A stretch of 15,900 bases of DNA from a virus (Duplodnaviria > Heunggongvirae > Uroviricota > Caudoviricetes), in the IMG/VR virus record IMGVR_UViG_2695420863_000009; one strand, 5' to 3'. Numbering within the stretch: position 1 is the first letter of the stretch; each line of letters begins with the position of its first letter. Both the position numbers and the translations under genes were made by a program. The notes below the pieces were generated by a model. It saw nothing but the letters and a program-made list of their open reading frames with translations. It ran no database searches and had not been told where the DNA came from. This document shows positions 14,489-15,900 of the stretch, one piece after another.

Positions 14489-15019
14489 GGTCAGGTGGAG
14501 TGCGTGCGCCGGACACGGGTGAGCATCCGGCACTGACAGTTTACTGAAAGGATATGTCCCTGAAAAGTCAGGGCATAACGCGAAAGCGCACGGCGAAATT
14601 GGTCTCTCTGTACGGTGTCGTTAAATTTAGTTCGACCGTGCGCTTCCGGTTGTGGCACTCCGCGAAATGGCGCGGCGGTAAGTATGGCTGGGGTTTCCTC
14701 CATTGCTCCAGAAAATGCACCGGGTTGTCAGGTTGACCATACGCTTAAGTGACAACCCCGCTACAACGCCCTCTGTTATCAATTTTCTGGTGACATTTGG
14801 CGGTATCAGTTTTACTCCGTGACTGCTCTGCCGCCCTTTTTAAAGTGAATTTTGTGATGCGGTGAATGCGGCTATGCGCACGCGGAACAGTTAAAGCAGT
14901 AAGGCGGTATTTTACGGGCGTAACGAGCATCAACTAACCCGGCGTTAATTGTTAACTGGTTAACGTCACCTGGAGGCACCAGGCACTGCATCACAAAATT
15001 CATTGTTGAGGACGCGATA
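14489..15019 (+). repeat. repeat copy 2: structured leader + dicF + dicB 5'-UTR
   Basis: Aligns with copy 1 across its length with scattered substitutions and a small insertion. Confidence 0.8.
14784..14836 (+). ncRNA. dicF: DicF-like sRNA, copy 2 (G-to-A variant)
   Basis: Same 53 nt as copy 1 except A at position 12 (GTGACATTTGG vs GTGACGTTTGG); followed by TTTTT. Confidence 0.75.
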
Positions 15020-15208
15020 ATGGAAACGTTATTACCAAACGTTAATACGTCTGAAGGTTGTTTTGAAATTGGTGTCACTATCAGTAACCCTGTATTTACT
15101 GAAGATGCCATTAACAAGAGAAAACACGAACGGGAGTTATTAAATAAAATATGCATTCTTTCAATGCTGGCCCGTTTACGTCCGATACAAAAAGGATGTG
15201 CACAATGA
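15020..15208 (+). CDS. dicB: cell-division inhibitor DicB
   Basis: 62 aa, METLLPNVNTSEGCFEIGVTISNPVFTEDAINKRKHERELLNKICILSMLARLRPIQKGCAQ; near-identical to my recollection of K-12 DicB. Lies downstream of dicF as in Qin. Confidence 0.8.
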   Translation: METLLPNVNTSEGCFEIGVTISNPVFTEDAINKRKHERELLNKICILSMLARLRPIQKGCAQ

Positions 15209-15396
15209 ATACAGCATTTGCACTTGTTCTGACAGTTTTTCTTGTTTCCGGAGAGCCAGTTGATATTGCAGTCAGTGTTCACAGGACAATGCAGGAGTGT
15301 GTGACTGCAGCAACCGAACAGAAAATTCCCGGTAACTGTTACCCGGTCGATAAAGTTATTCACCAGGATAATAACGAAATCCCGGCAGGTCTTTAA
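15205..15396 (+). CDS. ydfD: YdfD-like small membrane/lysis protein
   Basis: 63 aa, MNTAFALVLTVFLVSGEPVDIAVSVHRTMQECVTAATEQKIPGNCYPVDKVIHQDNNEIPAGL; ATGA overlap with the dicB stop. Confidence 0.7.
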   Translation: MNTAFALVLTVFLVSGEPVDIAVSVHRTMQECVTAATEQKIPGNCYPVDKVIHQDNNEIPAGL

Positions 15397-15488
15397 AACA
15401 GTTCCGTAATAAATATCCGGTTTCATTCTTATATGCCAGCAATGGCAGGGATTTGTTCACCCTTAAATCTGTAATGAGGTAAAACAAA

Positions 15489-15550
15489 ATGAGTAAAGTC
15501 TTTATTTGCGCCGCCATTCCGGACGAACAGGCAATAAAGGAAGAAGGTGC
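15489..15550 (+). CDS. 5' fragment of an ORF truncated by the assembly gap
   Basis: ATG with SD gagg; MSKVFICAAIPDEQAIKEEGA… runs into the N-run. Confidence 0.3.
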
Positions 15551-15574
15551 NNNNNNNNNNNNNNNNNNNNNNNN
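15551..15574. other. assembly gap (24 N)
   Basis: Run of N; the sequence resumes inside the leader repeat. Confidence 0.95.
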
Positions 15575-15869
15575 GACACCGGGTTGTCAGGTTGACCATA
15601 CGCTTAAGTGACAACCCCGCTGCAACGCCCTCTGTTATCAATTTTCTGGTGACGTTTGGCGGTATCAGTTTTACTCCGTGACTGCTCTGCCGCCCTTTTT
15701 AAAGTGAATTTTGTGATGCGGTGAATGCGGCTGAGCGCACGCGGAACAGTTAAAACCAAAAACAGTGTTATGGGGGGATTCTCTGTATCCGGCGTTAATT
15801 GTTAACTGGTTAACGTCACCTGGAGGCACCAGGCACCGCATCACAAAATTCATTGTTGAGGACGCGATA
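15575..15869 (+). repeat. repeat copy 3 (partial leader + dicF + dicB 5'-UTR)
   Basis: Identical to copy 1 over the shared region 12785-13032, then continues into a dicB start. Confidence 0.8.
15643..15695 (+). ncRNA. dicF: DicF-like sRNA, copy 3
   Basis: Identical to copy 1; followed by TTTTT. Confidence 0.75.
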
Positions 15870-15900
15870 ATGGAAACGTTATTACCAAACGTTAATACGT
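15870..15900 (+). CDS. dicB: dicB 5' end, truncated by the window edge
   Basis: ATGGAAACGTTATTACCAAACGTTAATACGT encodes METLLPNVNT, identical to the dicB start at 15020. Confidence 0.6.
   Translation, partial: METLLPNVNT

Overview
This window reads as one segment of a lambdoid (Qin/Rac/DLP12-like) enterobacterial prophage, with most phage genes on the minus strand. All calls come from reading the sequence and ORF track by eye; no database search was run, and family names rest on recalled motifs. From the left: a minus-strand tRNA cluster (Arg-TCT, a degenerate Arg-TCG-like, Ile2/Met-CAT) of the kind found in Stx-type phages; an AT-rich cargo block with an AraC-family regulator, a small putative DNA-binding protein and a CPBP/Abi-family membrane protease; then antiterminator Q, RusA, a DUF968 HNH-like protein and a hok (type I toxin) cassette; a run of small overlapping accessory genes (DUF551, DUF4406 and others); an O-like replication initiator with two internal iteron clusters; and the immunity switch (YdaT-like, DicC/YdaS-like Cro analog, divergent cI-like repressor) with three GTAAC-N4-GTTAC operators. 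To the right of cI lies a dicB-type division-inhibition operon (ydfA/B/C-like, dicF, dicB, ydfD) in which the dicF sRNA and a ~300-bp structured leader occur three times. The copies are bounded by two N-runs (13033-13045, 15551-15574), so copy number and adjacency there are not reliable. No CRISPR array, rRNA, integrase or transposase was seen. The most interesting candidates are the repressor with Ala at the expected catalytic serine, the repeated dicF modules with a paralogous protein pair and an antisense gene, the CPBP cargo gene and the hok cassette with adjacent micro-ORFs; none is established as a new system from sequence alone.
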